Source: a virus. Taken from it: 64,000 nt of DNA. The stretch lies in IMG/VR virus record IMGVR_UViG_3300012346_000689, positions 15,318 through 79,317 of that record; one strand, 5' to 3'. Under the pieces are notes generated by a model. It was not told where the DNA came from and did not search any database. It saw nothing but the letters and a program-made list of their open reading frames with translations. Within the stretch, counting starts at the first letter, position 1; the number at the start of each line of letters is the position of its first letter. Positions 28,489 to 38,558 of the stretch are shown piece after piece. The translations under genes and the position numbers were made by a program.

Positions 28489-28548
28489 GTACAATTTGTA
28501 CCGTTTTCTTGATAGTATAGAATAAAAATATATTCACAGGATAAGATT

Positions 28549-29079
28549 ATGATTAGGAAAGAGAAAGAGTTAAGTGAGGCTCACAAGAGGTTTTGCCGTC
28601 TGTATGCAGTGTGCGAGAATGGGACGGCAGCTTATCAGCACGTTTTCCCCGCGTCGAGTACAGCTACAGCTAAAAAACAAGCGAGCAAGCTAAACGCTAG
28701 GGAAGACATCAAGGCTTATGTTGAAGAGTGCAGGGATTTAATGAGTGCGCGCCGTAATATTGCGGTGCATGAGCTAATAGAGGAAAGGTTGAACAATGTT
28801 AGATCAGGGTATGCCTTGGCTGAAGAGATGAAAAGCGCGTGTTATCTGAAGATGAGAAACGCGCGTATTTACGACGACAAGAACCGAGTGGTAGGGCATA
28901 AACTGACCAATCCAGATATCACAGCGATCGCTAAGGGGATTGTGGCAGCGACTACAGTTTCTAGGCAAGCGACAGAGGAGTTAGTATCAATTACAGGGTT
29001 AGATGTCTTAGAGCAAGAACTTGTGTCTAGGATCAAGGCAGGGGAGTTTAGGGACTTTAGTATAGCGGCACTGAACTAA
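28549..29079 (+). CDS. terS: terminase small subunit
   Basis: LSEAHKRFCRLY...NGTAAYQHVF...AKKQASKL...IKAYVEE; directly precedes terL. Confidence 0.85.
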   Translation: MIRKEKELSEAHKRFCRLYAVCENGTAAYQHVFPASSTATAKKQASKLNAREDIKAYVEECRDLMSARRNIAVHELIEERLNNVRSGYALAEEMKSACYLKMRNARIYDDKNRVVGHKLTNPDITAIAKGIVAATTVSRQATEELVSITGLDVLEQELVSRIKAGEFRDFSIAALN

Positions 29080-30887
29080 TGATAGGACGTTCTATAGGAA
29101 GGGCTCTAAAACAAAGGGAATCGGTTAAAAAGAGCCGGGCTGAGTTTGTGCTTGAGAATTGTCAGACTCCACAAGGGGAGCGATTGACCTTGAAGCCTTG
29201 GCATTACGACTATTGGCAGTGGCTGATGTCAGACCAGATAAGCTGGCGCGTGGTGTCAGGATGCGCCCAAATAGGAAAGACCTTGTTTGTGTATCTCTCT
29301 ACCTACGAGAATTTCATAATTAGAAATTACTCGCTATTGTGGGCATATCCTACCCAAAACGATAGAGACACTTTAGTTAAGGAGCATCATAAAAGGCTAA
29401 AGGAGCAGTTCTCCTTTGATAGTGCAAGGATTAAAAGCGACACATTAGAACTGTTTCAATATGAAAGAACCTCTATAAACTTTGTATTTGTGCGATCGCC
29501 TGAAAGGAATCAATCAGGTGCGACGGCGAAGAGGGTAGGGGTAACAGCAGACAAGCTGATCATAGAGGAGACGAGTAAGCACAACTTGAGTGAACTTGAG
29601 ACTGTATTTAATAGACAGGATGCAAGTAAGATCCCGTCTAATCCTAAGATATTGCTAGGAACACCGGGGTCAGGTGGTGGGATTGAAGTTTATATCAACC
29701 GGTGTGACCATCAGTTTTACCCCCATGCGGTCTGCACTTCATGCGGTGAGGAGTTCCCCTTAAATCCTAAAGGCTGCTTACTGAGAGACTTTGAGAAGGT
29801 TGGGGGTGATGGGCACACCATCAAGGCCTATTTGAGTGAATCGGGGAAGCCCGTGCAGTGGTGGCATAAGGACGAATTGGACGCGGTTGAGACTGCTTAT
29901 TTTGGCTGTCCACATTGTGGACAGGAGATTGAGCCGGCAGCGCGCATTGATAAGGCTTATTTTAGATGTAAGAAGACAGGATTATTGCTGAGGGACTACC
30001 TAGAATCTATTCAAGGGAAAACCATAGAGTCTAAGACTAGTTCTATAGAACTATCGCCACTATTAAGAGACACGGGTTACAATTTAGCCTCTAAAATTAT
30101 CAAAGACGGGCTTTTCACTGCCAATCCTGACAACTGGCAGCAACAGAGCCTCGGATTGCCTTCCGAAACGACCACCACACAATTAAGCCCGTCATTAATA
30201 AAAAGAGCGATCGCGGCACCTAAACCAGAGGGTGAACCTAGCTTTACCTTGGCAGGCATTGATCAGGGGCGCTCGGAGCATTGGTTGACGATAGTAGATT
30301 TTTACTTAGCAGATGATTGGACTACGAAGAGCTACTCAGACTTGTGTGAGACGACTATCAGGGTTGTGAGGTGGTGTGGTGGGATTCAAAAAGGAGAGAT
30401 AAGAGAACAACTTGATAACTATCGAGTTGCGTTTGGGATTGTGGACAACGAACCGGATAGGGCGGACGCTTCAAGGCTTTGTGAGTGGACGGGAGTGCTA
30501 GAGATGGCAGACCAGCAACCAGGAGCATTAGACGACTATAAACAGGGAAGGGTGAGAGATGGTGGTGACGAGTTCCCCTGCTGGAAGATACGCTCTGAAA
30601 AGTTCATGAAACAAGTGCTTTACGGCTTTACCTTATCTCATCAGGGCTACCCTCTCTATCGTTGTCCTGAGTCGTGGGAACAATGGCTGCACAATCCTAA
30701 CGAGCGATCGCCTATCAAACATCTTTGCTCACCTTCTTATAATCCAGAGACGGGGTTATGGGTGCGGGCTGCCGATCATGTTGACGATATATTCTACGCT
30801 TTTCACTTCTGTGAGGCAGCCTTTGCCATATTTTTGAGAGACCATACTTCCAAAGTGTTGAGCGATCGCGCGTTTGGTTTGTATTAG
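29079..30887 (+). CDS. terL: terminase large subunit with Zn-binding insert
   Basis: Walker A GCAQIGKT, Walker B LIIEE, LLGTP, CxxC pairs, nuclease AGIDQG and VDDIFYA. Confidence 0.85.
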   Translation: MIGRSIGRALKQRESVKKSRAEFVLENCQTPQGERLTLKPWHYDYWQWLMSDQISWRVVSGCAQIGKTLFVYLSTYENFIIRNYSLLWAYPTQNDRDTLVKEHHKRLKEQFSFDSARIKSDTLELFQYERTSINFVFVRSPERNQSGATAKRVGVTADKLIIEETSKHNLSELETVFNRQDASKIPSNPKILLGTPGSGGGIEVYINRCDHQFYPHAVCTSCGEEFPLNPKGCLLRDFEKVGGDGHTIKAYLSESGKPVQWWHKDELDAVETAYFGCPHCGQEIEPAARIDKAYFRCKKTGLLLRDYLESIQGKTIESKTSSIELSPLLRDTGYNLASKIIKDGLFTANPDNWQQQSLGLPSETTTTQLSPSLIKRAIAAPKPEGEPSFTLAGIDQGRSEHWLTIVDFYLADDWTTKSYSDLCETTIRVVRWCGGIQKGEIREQLDNYRVAFGIVDNEPDRADASRLCEWTGVLEMADQQPGALDDYKQGRVRDGGDEFPCWKIRSEKFMKQVLYGFTLSHQGYPLYRCPESWEQWLHNPNERSPIKHLCSPSYNPETGLWVRAADHVDDIFYAFHFCEAAFAIFLRDHTSKVLSDRAFGLY

Positions 30888-31189
30888 GAGTATTTAAAGA
30901 GGGACCGTAGGAAGGGTATCCTACGGTTTGTAGATGCTCGAGGTAGTATATCTATACAATAGCATAGAAAAACCCCTGACGGGGCTTAAGACTAGAAGGA
31001 TGAGTAAATTAGCTGTCTAGAGGGAGAATCACCCCGTGCAAGCCATTCCCCAGAATATCACAGTCGCTAAATACCCCTTCTTTCTCTGCTAGGGAAGGGA
31101 ACACTTTTAACATTTCCTCTACACTACTAAAAGCTCGCATGGGCTTAAATTCGCTACGAAGCTGTCGGTAAACAAGGCAAACTTGTTGG

Positions 31190-31576
31190 GTGTTACTATT
31201 AGTATTAGATTCTTTAGTTTTGGAGGCTTTTGTGGACACTTCTGACATGGTTTTAATTGATAAGATTTTCCCTGATCTTACCACGGAAGAGGTTCTTTCT
31301 CAACTAGCAGAAAGACTCGTCGAAAGTGATAATCAATGGACTTTGTATGATGAGAATAAGCGTCACATCTTAGGAGTTTTCCCCACTCGGAAAGATGCTA
31401 TTGCCTACGAGTTGAAGCGTAAAAACACTCAGGTTAAATCTGAATCTAACCCTAAATTACAGGTAACAGGAAAGGTTATTAGTTTGAGTGAATATGAACA
31501 AGAGTTATCTATTGAAGAGTTGAAAGAATTGGATGAGGTTTTGAATTATGCTCAGGCTGATAGTCGCGGGTTCTAG
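31190..31576 (+). CDS. hypothetical protein
   Basis: ORF in a rightward operon. Confidence 0.5.
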   Translation: MLLLVLDSLVLEAFVDTSDMVLIDKIFPDLTTEEVLSQLAERLVESDNQWTLYDENKRHILGVFPTRKDAIAYELKRKNTQVKSESNPKLQVTGKVISLSEYEQELSIEELKELDEVLNYAQADSRGF

Positions 31577-31916
31577 AGTGTTTTCTGATTATGAATTGCT
31601 TAAACAAAGGCTTGATTATTATCTCAAGAATCAACTTGATGTCACTATTCTTTCAGGCACTGCCCAAGGTGCTGACCGACTAGGAGAAATCTATGCCCGT
31701 GAGCGTGGCTATAAACTGGAGCAGTATCCCGCTAATTGGGAGCAGTACGGTAAATCAGCAGGGTACAAGCGTAATGAACAAATGGCGCAATTAGCTACTC
31801 ACTTAGTAGCCTTTTGGGATGGGGAATCTAAAGGCACTAAGCACATGATCGATCTTGCTGCTAAATATCAATTAAATACAAGGGTAGTAATATGCAAACC
31901 ACAGATAAAGCAGTAG
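31548..31916 (+). CDS. SLOG/YspA-like (DUF2493) protein
   Basis: LIVAGSRVFSDY, SGTAQGADRLGE, ANWEQYGKSAGYKRNEQMA, AFWDGESKGTKHMI. Confidence 0.85.
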   Translation: MLRLIVAGSRVFSDYELLKQRLDYYLKNQLDVTILSGTAQGADRLGEIYARERGYKLEQYPANWEQYGKSAGYKRNEQMAQLATHLVAFWDGESKGTKHMIDLAAKYQLNTRVVICKPQIKQ

Positions 31917-32521
31917 ATTATCGTACCCTCAACTGGGATGAAAAGGACAAGGCGTGGCGTTACCGGTCAGGTCGTAAGGTCTCACAGCGTGGTATGAAGG
32001 CTATTATTGACCAGCAAACGGCTAACATGAAATCTAATCAAGGCTGGTCATTGTGGCAACTCAAGGAAGGAAAAATGACCTTCGAGGAGTTTCAACAGTT
32101 CAACGCTAAGATGATTAGAGATCACCATGTCTTCATGGCACGCATGGGTAAAGGTGGCAGCACTAATATGAGCGACGCGGATTATTTGGCGGTTCAGCAA
32201 GAACTTAAACAGAATCAACTCAACCGATTTGAACGCTTTATGAACGGGGTCAAAGAAGGTCAATACAGCGATCGCTACATAGCAGACCGATTGAGTAAAT
32301 ATGCAGACGGGACAAAAGTATCCTATGAAACCGCACGACTTAAAGCTTATGGGGAAGGTCACGAAGGATTAAGGCAGTTGGGCAATTGTAAGAACCATTG
32401 TGACCCCTGCATCCACTACGCTTCTTTGGGCTGGCTTCCTCTTAATTTAGTAGTACCACCCGGCAAAGCCTGCCGTTGTGGCGCTCGTTGCTGTTGTAGT
32501 GTGACGGTGAGAAAGAGATGA
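31892..32521 (+). CDS. head morphogenesis/minor capsid protein (MuF, SPP1 gp7-like)
   Basis: C-terminal HCDPCIHYA...PPG..CRCGARCCC motif. Confidence 0.6.
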   Translation: MQTTDKAVDYRTLNWDEKDKAWRYRSGRKVSQRGMKAIIDQQTANMKSNQGWSLWQLKEGKMTFEEFQQFNAKMIRDHHVFMARMGKGGSTNMSDADYLAVQQELKQNQLNRFERFMNGVKEGQYSDRYIADRLSKYADGTKVSYETARLKAYGEGHEGLRQLGNCKNHCDPCIHYASLGWLPLNLVVPPGKACRCGARCCCSVTVRKR

Positions 32522-33468
32522 TAACATTAGGCGCGATCGGTGGTGGCATTGGCGGGGGTACACTCGGCGCGCGGATGTGTAACATCATCCCCCTATGGAA
32601 TATTGACCTTGACCCACAAAAACAAGCGGATTCCCGTAAAATTGGCGAATATTACCGAATTAATTGCGGAGGGGACGTAATAGCCTTATCTGTGCAAGAT
32701 GTGGCGTATTTACTCGAAAATGATGAGATTGACTTGCCTTTTGTAGATTTCCTGCTAGTTACTTGGAGTTGCGCCAATTTCTCAGTAGCTAAAGTGGGGA
32801 ACTATGAAATGGATGCGGATATATTAGGCGCGATCGCTATAAGCAAAATCATTCGTCACTTGCAACCACGGGGAATAGTATTCGAGAATGTGTCCAAGTG
32901 GCAATATTCTAATAGTTGGCTGAACTATATCAAACCGTCACTGGAGCGTGATAATTATTCGGTTGAATGCGGGGTTTTGAATGCCCATAACTTTGGTGTT
33001 CCTCAATCTCGGAAAAGGTTTATCGCTAGATGCTTAAAGGGACAGATCAAACCATTGAAGGAAGCGAAAGGACAGGATTGTTATCAATCGATCGCTGATT
33101 TAATCCCTAGTTTAAATGCGAGTAGTCCATCAATATCTCAGATGAGGTTATTTGACGGGATGGTGACGGACTTCTGTGTGCTGAGTCGGGTTGGTCATTA
33201 TGGATTGCCCACGGTACGGTTTAAAGGTGAGCCTATGTTTACCGTGCGGGCTATATTAGCTGATGATGGTAAAGGTGGCACGAGGCGTAAATTTATAACC
33301 ATATTTTATCAAGGGCGTTGGTACGATGCCGATATTAACTGCTTGAAGAGATGGCAGTCTTTCCCTGATTCTTTTATTGTTCCTGATGATTTGAAACTGG
33401 CCGTGAGAGCGATCGGGAACGCCTTGCCTCCGATGCTCTCATATCACATCTTTTATTCTCTGAGTTGA
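32518..33468 (+). CDS. DNA cytosine-5 methyltransferase, atypical motifs
   Basis: GGGIGGG motif I, WSCANFS motif IV, FENV, FGVPQSRKRFI, QSFPDSF, IGNALPP. Confidence 0.8.
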   Translation: MITLGAIGGGIGGGTLGARMCNIIPLWNIDLDPQKQADSRKIGEYYRINCGGDVIALSVQDVAYLLENDEIDLPFVDFLLVTWSCANFSVAKVGNYEMDADILGAIAISKIIRHLQPRGIVFENVSKWQYSNSWLNYIKPSLERDNYSVECGVLNAHNFGVPQSRKRFIARCLKGQIKPLKEAKGQDCYQSIADLIPSLNASSPSISQMRLFDGMVTDFCVLSRVGHYGLPTVRFKGEPMFTVRAILADDGKGGTRRKFITIFYQGRWYDADINCLKRWQSFPDSFIVPDDLKLAVRAIGNALPPMLSYHIFYSLS

Positions 33469-34557
33469 ACGGGCATAATTAAATATACGAGCTTGTAATC
33501 ATCGGTAGAGGTTTCGATGACCATAGGGCTATTTGAGTCGTTATATTTTAAATCAATTTGTTCTTGAGGTATGATTTTAATCCCTTCCAGTAGGTATTTC
33601 AGATTAAAATAGATTGTTATTTCAGGCAATTCTAAAGAGTCTAAAGGTAAAGTCTCAGACGCTTTGCCCAAGTCCTTAGACTCACTTTCTAAGACTAGGG
33701 TTTGTTTGTTGATTTGCCACTGCACTAAATTCCCTTTGTCCGCAAAGATAGCCATCCGGTTCAAGCCACTAATTAAAGTTTTTTTGCCTACCGATAGCTG
33801 GTGTTGAAATGTAGGTGGTATTAACTGTAAATAAGCAGGGTAGGTGTCTGATAGGATTCTCGACGCTATAGTTATATTGCCTATTTTAAAGGTTATTAAC
33901 TCATTGTTATATTCGATTGTCACGTCATCATCTTGCAAAATCTTAGCAACCTCTTCTAATCCACGAGCAGGAATAGTTAAATCAAACTTTTGTCCTGTGG
34001 TCATATTGCTAGTGAAAACCGTTAGCCTATGCCCATCCGTAGAGGCAATGGTTAAGTTCTGCCCATTGTCACTAATATTGATACCTGTTAAAACTTTCTT
34101 TGTTTCGTCCTTAGATACTGACGAGAAACAAGATCTCAATCCTTCTCTTAAAATACTTGCGGGAATATCAATTGATTGACTATCTTCAGGATTGAATAAG
34201 GACGGGTATTCGGAAGCATCCGTGCCACTGAGTTTATAATAGGAGGAGTTTGTCGTAATGTGAATCTCTGTACTCTTTGCGCATATGATATTCTCTACAG
34301 ATAGGCTCATTTTCTAGCTTTGAGATTATGCCCAAGAGCAATTGACTAGGCACAGTAAAAGCTCCTTTTCCTATCACCACGGCAGGAAAACTTAACTTTG
34401 TCCCTAAACTTAAATCAAATCCTGTTAAAGTGATAGCCTCGCTTTCTGCTACTACTAACACTTGAGAAAGTATAGGATGTGTATTACGTTTTTGAATGAC
34501 TCGATTTACTATGCTAAGATTGAAACTTAGCTCTTTTGCCGAACAGGTAAATTGCAT
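33453..34557 (-). pseudogene. dnaN: DNA polymerase III beta clamp, split by a frameshift near 34300
   Basis: MQFTC...HPILSQVL...GFDLSLG in one frame; DASEYP, ASTDGHRL, GTYP-like DTYPAY, FNLKYLLEGI, YLIMPVQLR in the +1 frame. Confidence 0.85.
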
Positions 34558-34591
34558 TTTCTTCTTTGGTTGTTTCTCAATATTATATCTT

Positions 34592-35014
34592 ATGAAAATC
34601 GTTAAATTCTTTGATGATGCCATCACTCCATCTTATGCTCATCCAAGCGATTCGGGGTTAGATTTGTACGCGATCGCTGACGAGATTATTCTACCGGGTG
34701 AGTCTAGGCTAATTGGTACGGGAATATCAATTCAGTTAGATAAGGGTACTGAAGCGCAAATACGTCCTAGAAGTGGTTTAGCGTTAAAGCATCAAGTCAC
34801 CGTCTTAAATACTCCAGGGACTATTGATGAAGGGTATAGAGGTGAAATAGGGGTGATTCTGATTAATCATGGTAAATCCCCTTTCCGTGTGGAGAAGGGG
34901 ATGAGAATAGCTCAAATGGTTATAGCTCCTGTTATTCGGGTAATCGTTGAGGAAGTGGTTAGTCTTAGTGAGAGCCAAAGGGGTTTAGGTGGTTTTGGCT
35001 CTACAGGGCTCTAG
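34592..35014 (+). CDS. dut: dUTPase (start at MKIVK)
   Basis: [42 protein letters not shown]. Confidence 0.95.
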   Translation: MKIVKFFDDAITPSYAHPSDSGLDLYAIADEIILPGESRLIGTGISIQLDKGTEAQIRPRSGLALKHQVTVLNTPGTIDEGYRGEIGVILINHGKSPFRVEKGMRIAQMVIAPVIRVIVEEVVSLSESQRGLGGFGSTGL

Positions 35015-35718
35015 AAGGGGATATCATCCCACGGGATAACAGGGTAATAAGGGTCATTGCTGTATTGAATGGCTCTTGATTTACACCATCTTAGGTATTG
35101 TTCCCACCAATTGTCACGGTAGATCAATCGTCGCCCGTTGGTGGGGTCTATTAATCGATTATTGATAAATAAGTTGTAAAGCTCCTTAGTGATCTGCACA
35201 TCATTTAAGCAATAACGGATCACCTCTTCACATCTTCCTTGCTGCCACATTACCGGGGCTAATTCCCCTGATGCAGACTTATTATAATTGAGGTTAACCC
35301 GTGCTAAATCCTTTAATGCGTATCCTTTGCGAGTACGACCTTTGACGTAGCGAGGAGGTTGATGAGAGGCAATCCTTACCTCTCTCAACAAGTCAAAGTG
35401 AGTCCGAATCGGGATTGATAGATTTTCGTTGACAAGGTTGTCGTCAAAAGAGATCGAGTTAAACCCTACAATCCAATCTGCTTGATTTATCAAATGCAGT
35501 AACTTCTCTCTTGACTCTGCCCTTTGACGGGTAAACCCTTTACCTATTACTAAATAGTTATAACGGGGTCGTAGCCAAGAAGCGTAATACCCTATCACGC
35601 TTACCCCCATACCTTGGAAATCTTGCCATCCTTGGCAGTATTCAATTCCTGTTACGGTATCCCCAAAATAATCAGGAATTGCCCTCAAAATCTCGCAATC
35701 ATAAATCAATGTTTTCAT
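35011..35718 (-). CDS. DEDD 3'-5' exonuclease (RNase H-like)
   Basis: [30 protein letters not shown]. Confidence 0.8.
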   Translation of the reverse strand: MKTLIYDCEILRAIPDYFGDTVTGIEYCQGWQDFQGMGVSVIGYYASWLRPRYNYLVIGKGFTRQRAESREKLLHLINQADWIVGFNSISFDDNLVNENLSIPIRTHFDLLREVRIASHQPPRYVKGRTRKGYALKDLARVNLNYNKSASGELAPVMWQQGRCEEVIRYCLNDVQITKELYNLFINNRLIDPTNGRRLIYRDNWWEQYLRWCKSRAIQYSNDPYYPVIPWDDIPF

Positions 35719-35752
35719 GTTTAAAAGCGGTACAAATTGTACCGCTATAAAG

Positions 35753-36280
35753 TTATTTCATGGTTAGGGAAAATCCGTCTTGAACCAAGCAGGCAAAATC
35801 AGAGGTTCGCTCCGGTAACTGTTCTAAATGTTTTTTAATAGCACTTAGATCGGGTTCGGTCTTTACCCTGACAAACTCTTCGGGTAGGTCTTCAGGACAG
35901 CAAACTAACTCAACCCGTGCGGGCTTTTTTCTGAGTGATAGTTTACCGTTAGCCGTCTCTACTTTATGGCAGCTATTGGCTACCATGTGAGAGATTAAAT
36001 ACTCTTTGATTGATTTAGCACGGTTTTCATTGGCACGCGCTAATTCTGTTAGAGATTTAGCCTTTTCTCTTTGTGCTTTGCCCAAAACCTCTAATTTGTT
36101 AATGTAGTAGGCGATCGCGTCAACCTTCTCGATAAAGGCTGATTGACAATTCATGAAGGCTTCGAGATACTCTTGTACCTCTTGATCTTTGACCTCATCA
36201 GAGAGATCATCCTCAAGGATCTCATCAATGAAATCCTCTAGATCGTGCATTTCGTTTGACAATTCCCACAACTTAGGCAT
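35753..36280 (-). CDS. Siphovirus Gp157-family protein (start at MPKLWE)
   Basis: KLWELSNEM...KVDAIAYYI...SIKEYL...LSLRK...LPEEFVRVKTEPDLSAIK. Confidence 0.85.
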   Translation of the reverse strand: MPKLWELSNEMHDLEDFIDEILEDDLSDEVKDQEVQEYLEAFMNCQSAFIEKVDAIAYYINKLEVLGKAQREKAKSLTELARANENRAKSIKEYLISHMVANSCHKVETANGKLSLRKKPARVELVCCPEDLPEEFVRVKTEPDLSAIKKHLEQLPERTSDFACLVQDGFSLTMK

Positions 36281-36388
36281 TTTTGACCTCCTTGGTTGAA
36301 TCCTAATCAACAAAAAAATGATAGTGTTAGTTGCGTCGCTGTTTTCTCTTGATATCTTTTGATGTCTCAATCTGTCTCTTTTTCTGGT

Positions 36389-36868
36389 TTAGGCATTTTT
36401 GACCTCCTTGCTTGCTTGAATCTTGAGCCAATCTTCCCTAGTTAGTTGCCCTTTGGGGACGGGTTGAACGAACTGATTTTGTTGTCTTTGCCCCTTCTCT
36501 TTTCTCCACAGCGATCGCGCCAGTCCGAACTTGGCACAACAACGCCTTAAGGCCATAGCCTCGGCATTGCTTGATGGGTCTCCGTAGGACTGAAGATCCG
36601 TGTCTTCCGTGCCGGTCGCCATCATAGTCAGGCTGCGATCGCTCCCTATCAAGGTGAGAACCCCTGTTAAATGCAAACGGTTTCCTACTTGAGTCAGATC
36701 CCTTACTTCCCATGACCAGCCACCGATACCGGCTCTCTCATCTAATAGATCGCAGTAATCGTACCACGATATAAAATTGATTCGTGTCCCTCCCTTGGTT
36801 TTCTGTTTGATTTTAGAAGGTGGCACCGGCTCTCTCAAATCCGTCAATATTTCTTCTAATGTTTTCAT
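36389..36868 (-). CDS. Rad52/Rad22-family single-strand annealing protein
   Basis: GGTRINFISW...LDERAGIGGWSWEV...ATGTE...NAEAMALRRCCAKFGLARSLW. Confidence 0.8.
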   Translation of the reverse strand: MKTLEEILTDLREPVPPSKIKQKTKGGTRINFISWYDYCDLLDERAGIGGWSWEVRDLTQVGNRLHLTGVLTLIGSDRSLTMMATGTEDTDLQSYGDPSSNAEAMALRRCCAKFGLARSLWRKEKGQRQQNQFVQPVPKGQLTREDWLKIQASKEVKNA

Positions 36869-36904
36869 TGCTTTAGTGCGGAGGTGAACCCTCCGCTTGA
36901 TGGT

Positions 36905-37159
36905 TTAATATTGGTGATTAGCGGTTTCACGGTATATCTTGCGATACTGCTGCCAATAGACTTCCCGGTCGGGATGTATTGAAAAGTCGCTAGGAGATCC
37001 CGCTACTCCCTTGATAGCATCTCTTTGGGCTACCAAGAGAGCTAACTGTTCTCTTAACCGTTGTACGTTTTCTTCAAATACCTCGTCATCGTCAAGAAAG
37101 TCAGGGCACTCATGGAGTTGATATTTTTGGTGAATGTCAAGTAATATTTCTGTATACAT
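36905..37159 (-). CDS. hypothetical protein
   Basis: AAGGAG RBS, 84 aa. Confidence 0.55.
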   Translation of the reverse strand: MYTEILLDIHQKYQLHECPDFLDDDEVFEENVQRLREQLALLVAQRDAIKGVAGSPSDFSIHPDREVYWQQYRKIYRETANHQY

Positions 37160-37515
37160 AATTATCTCCTTGGTTTTTATGTTCCGGTTAGCTGCAACTA
37201 ACCGGGCTAGAATTTGAACAATTGAAAACTATTTGAGCAGTGGAGATCACCATTGGGCGATCGCTTTGACACTTGTTCTTTAGGTAGCAGGGCATCCCTT
37301 GATACACAAGGGAATTGATTCTTATCACAGGGTTCATAAGACTTCTTAATCTCTACTCTTTCAATATAACTTGGATACTAAGATATGTCAAGGGGTCTTA
37401 TGATTATTTTTTCTGATGGTTCGCATCGCACATTATCAGTTATCTGTATACTAATATACGGTTATATCTCGGTATCTAAGTTATAATGAAGACGTAGAGT
37501 TCAGAGGATAAAGCA

Positions 37516-38018
37516 ATGACAGTTAAAGTTGATCGTTATCAGCCTACCGCGTTAGAAGTTAAGATTTACTCAGAATCACGTGCCGCGCGTATTCTCAATA
37601 TTAAGAAGTGTGAATTGATTTTGTGGTAGCTATAGACGAGAATGAGTGCTTGGTGGGGTTGTTTAACAAGAGCGTGCGGTTGTCTAAATCTCAGTTCATA
37701 GGGATTATGGTGGGCGATCGCAATGCGCGGGCTAAATATTTAGAAGTCACGAAGCAGATGGGTAAAGTGGATATGTTTACCGTGAAAAATGAAACAAGCG
37801 AGTCTGTTTATCAAGTAAAAGCGGGTGTAGATCATTTAGAGTGTGAATGCAAAGATTTTCAGTATTTATCTGAGGACTTTGGTACTCAAAAAGTCGCTTG
37901 CAAGCACGTCTTTGCCGTGTTGGGGCATCTCAACTTTGACAGTTTAAAGGATTACATTAAATATAACGAGGAGTATTACGAAGAGAGAAGGGATTATAAT
38001 TTGATGGCTCATGCTTAG
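37516..38018 (+). pseudogene. SWIM zinc-finger protein, apparent frameshift near 37615
   Basis: MTVKVDRYQP...YSESRAARILNIKKC stops at TAG; the -1 frame continues DFVVAID...CECKDF...ACKHVFAV. Confidence 0.65.
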
Positions 38019-38104
38019 GTTTTTAAAGGGGATTTAATCCCCTTATGTTTAAAAAAACAATCATCTGTGTTAAAGTCGGGAGTTTTCTTGCCGGCTTTAA
38101 ATTG

Positions 38105-38218
38105 TTATTTGATAACATGAAAACGGATAAGAGTCGCCTCGGTAACTTGTCCGAACCCGTTACAAGTCGGGCATTTGCGGCTTTTTCCTTGACAATCAGG
38201 ACATTTAGTGAGATTCAT
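38105..38218 (-). CDS. 37-aa DnaJ-like Zn-finger micro-protein
   Basis: MNLTKCPDCQGKSRKCPTCNGFGQV...; coupled to the upstream ORF. Confidence 0.5.
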   Translation of the reverse strand: MNLTKCPDCQGKSRKCPTCNGFGQVTEATLIRFHVIK

Positions 38219-38558
38219 AAATAAAACCTTCCTTTTCCATCTTTTCTCTAATTGCGGTCACTAATAGAGATCGCGTCCACGTCATGCGCCCTGCCTTATC
38301 TTGTTCGTCCCATTGAGATAAAAACGCTTCACAATCTACCGGCAATTTAAAAGCAAAGCTTTTTCTTCCGAGTGGCAGAGTGCCCGGAAAAGTCCCTATC
38401 TGCTTTGGCAACTTGCTTCTATATTCCTCTGTCTGGATCGGGGAAGGGTTGCCCAATTTCCCGTGTGGCTTGTGGGAGTGAGTTTTGACTCCTCTGTTAG
38501 CCTTGTTTTTTTGCTCCATAAAACCTCCTTGGATATCTCCATCATATCTTAGTATCAT
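38205..38558 (-). CDS. hypothetical small DNA-binding-like protein
   Basis: GNPSPIQTEEYRSK...FAFKLP...WTRSLLVTAI. Confidence 0.5.
   Translation of the reverse strand: MILRYDGDIQGGFMEQKNKANRGVKTHSHKPHGKLGNPSPIQTEEYRSKLPKQIGTFPGTLPLGRKSFAFKLPVDCEAFLSQWDEQDKAGRMTWTRSLLVTAIREKMEKEGFIYESH

Noticed and set aside
31009-31284. Minus-strand 91-aa ORF
   Set aside because: Overlaps the plus-strand operon and has no recognisable motif; cannot decide which start region is real.
35729-35743. 15-bp palindrome as an NtcA box
   Set aside because: NtcA is GTA-N8-TAC; this is GTA-N7-TAC.
37184-37205. CCGGTTAG-CTGCAA-CTAACCGG hairpin as another T-loop element
   Set aside because: Single hairpin without the enclosing stem or a T-loop consensus; more simply a terminator or stability hairpin.
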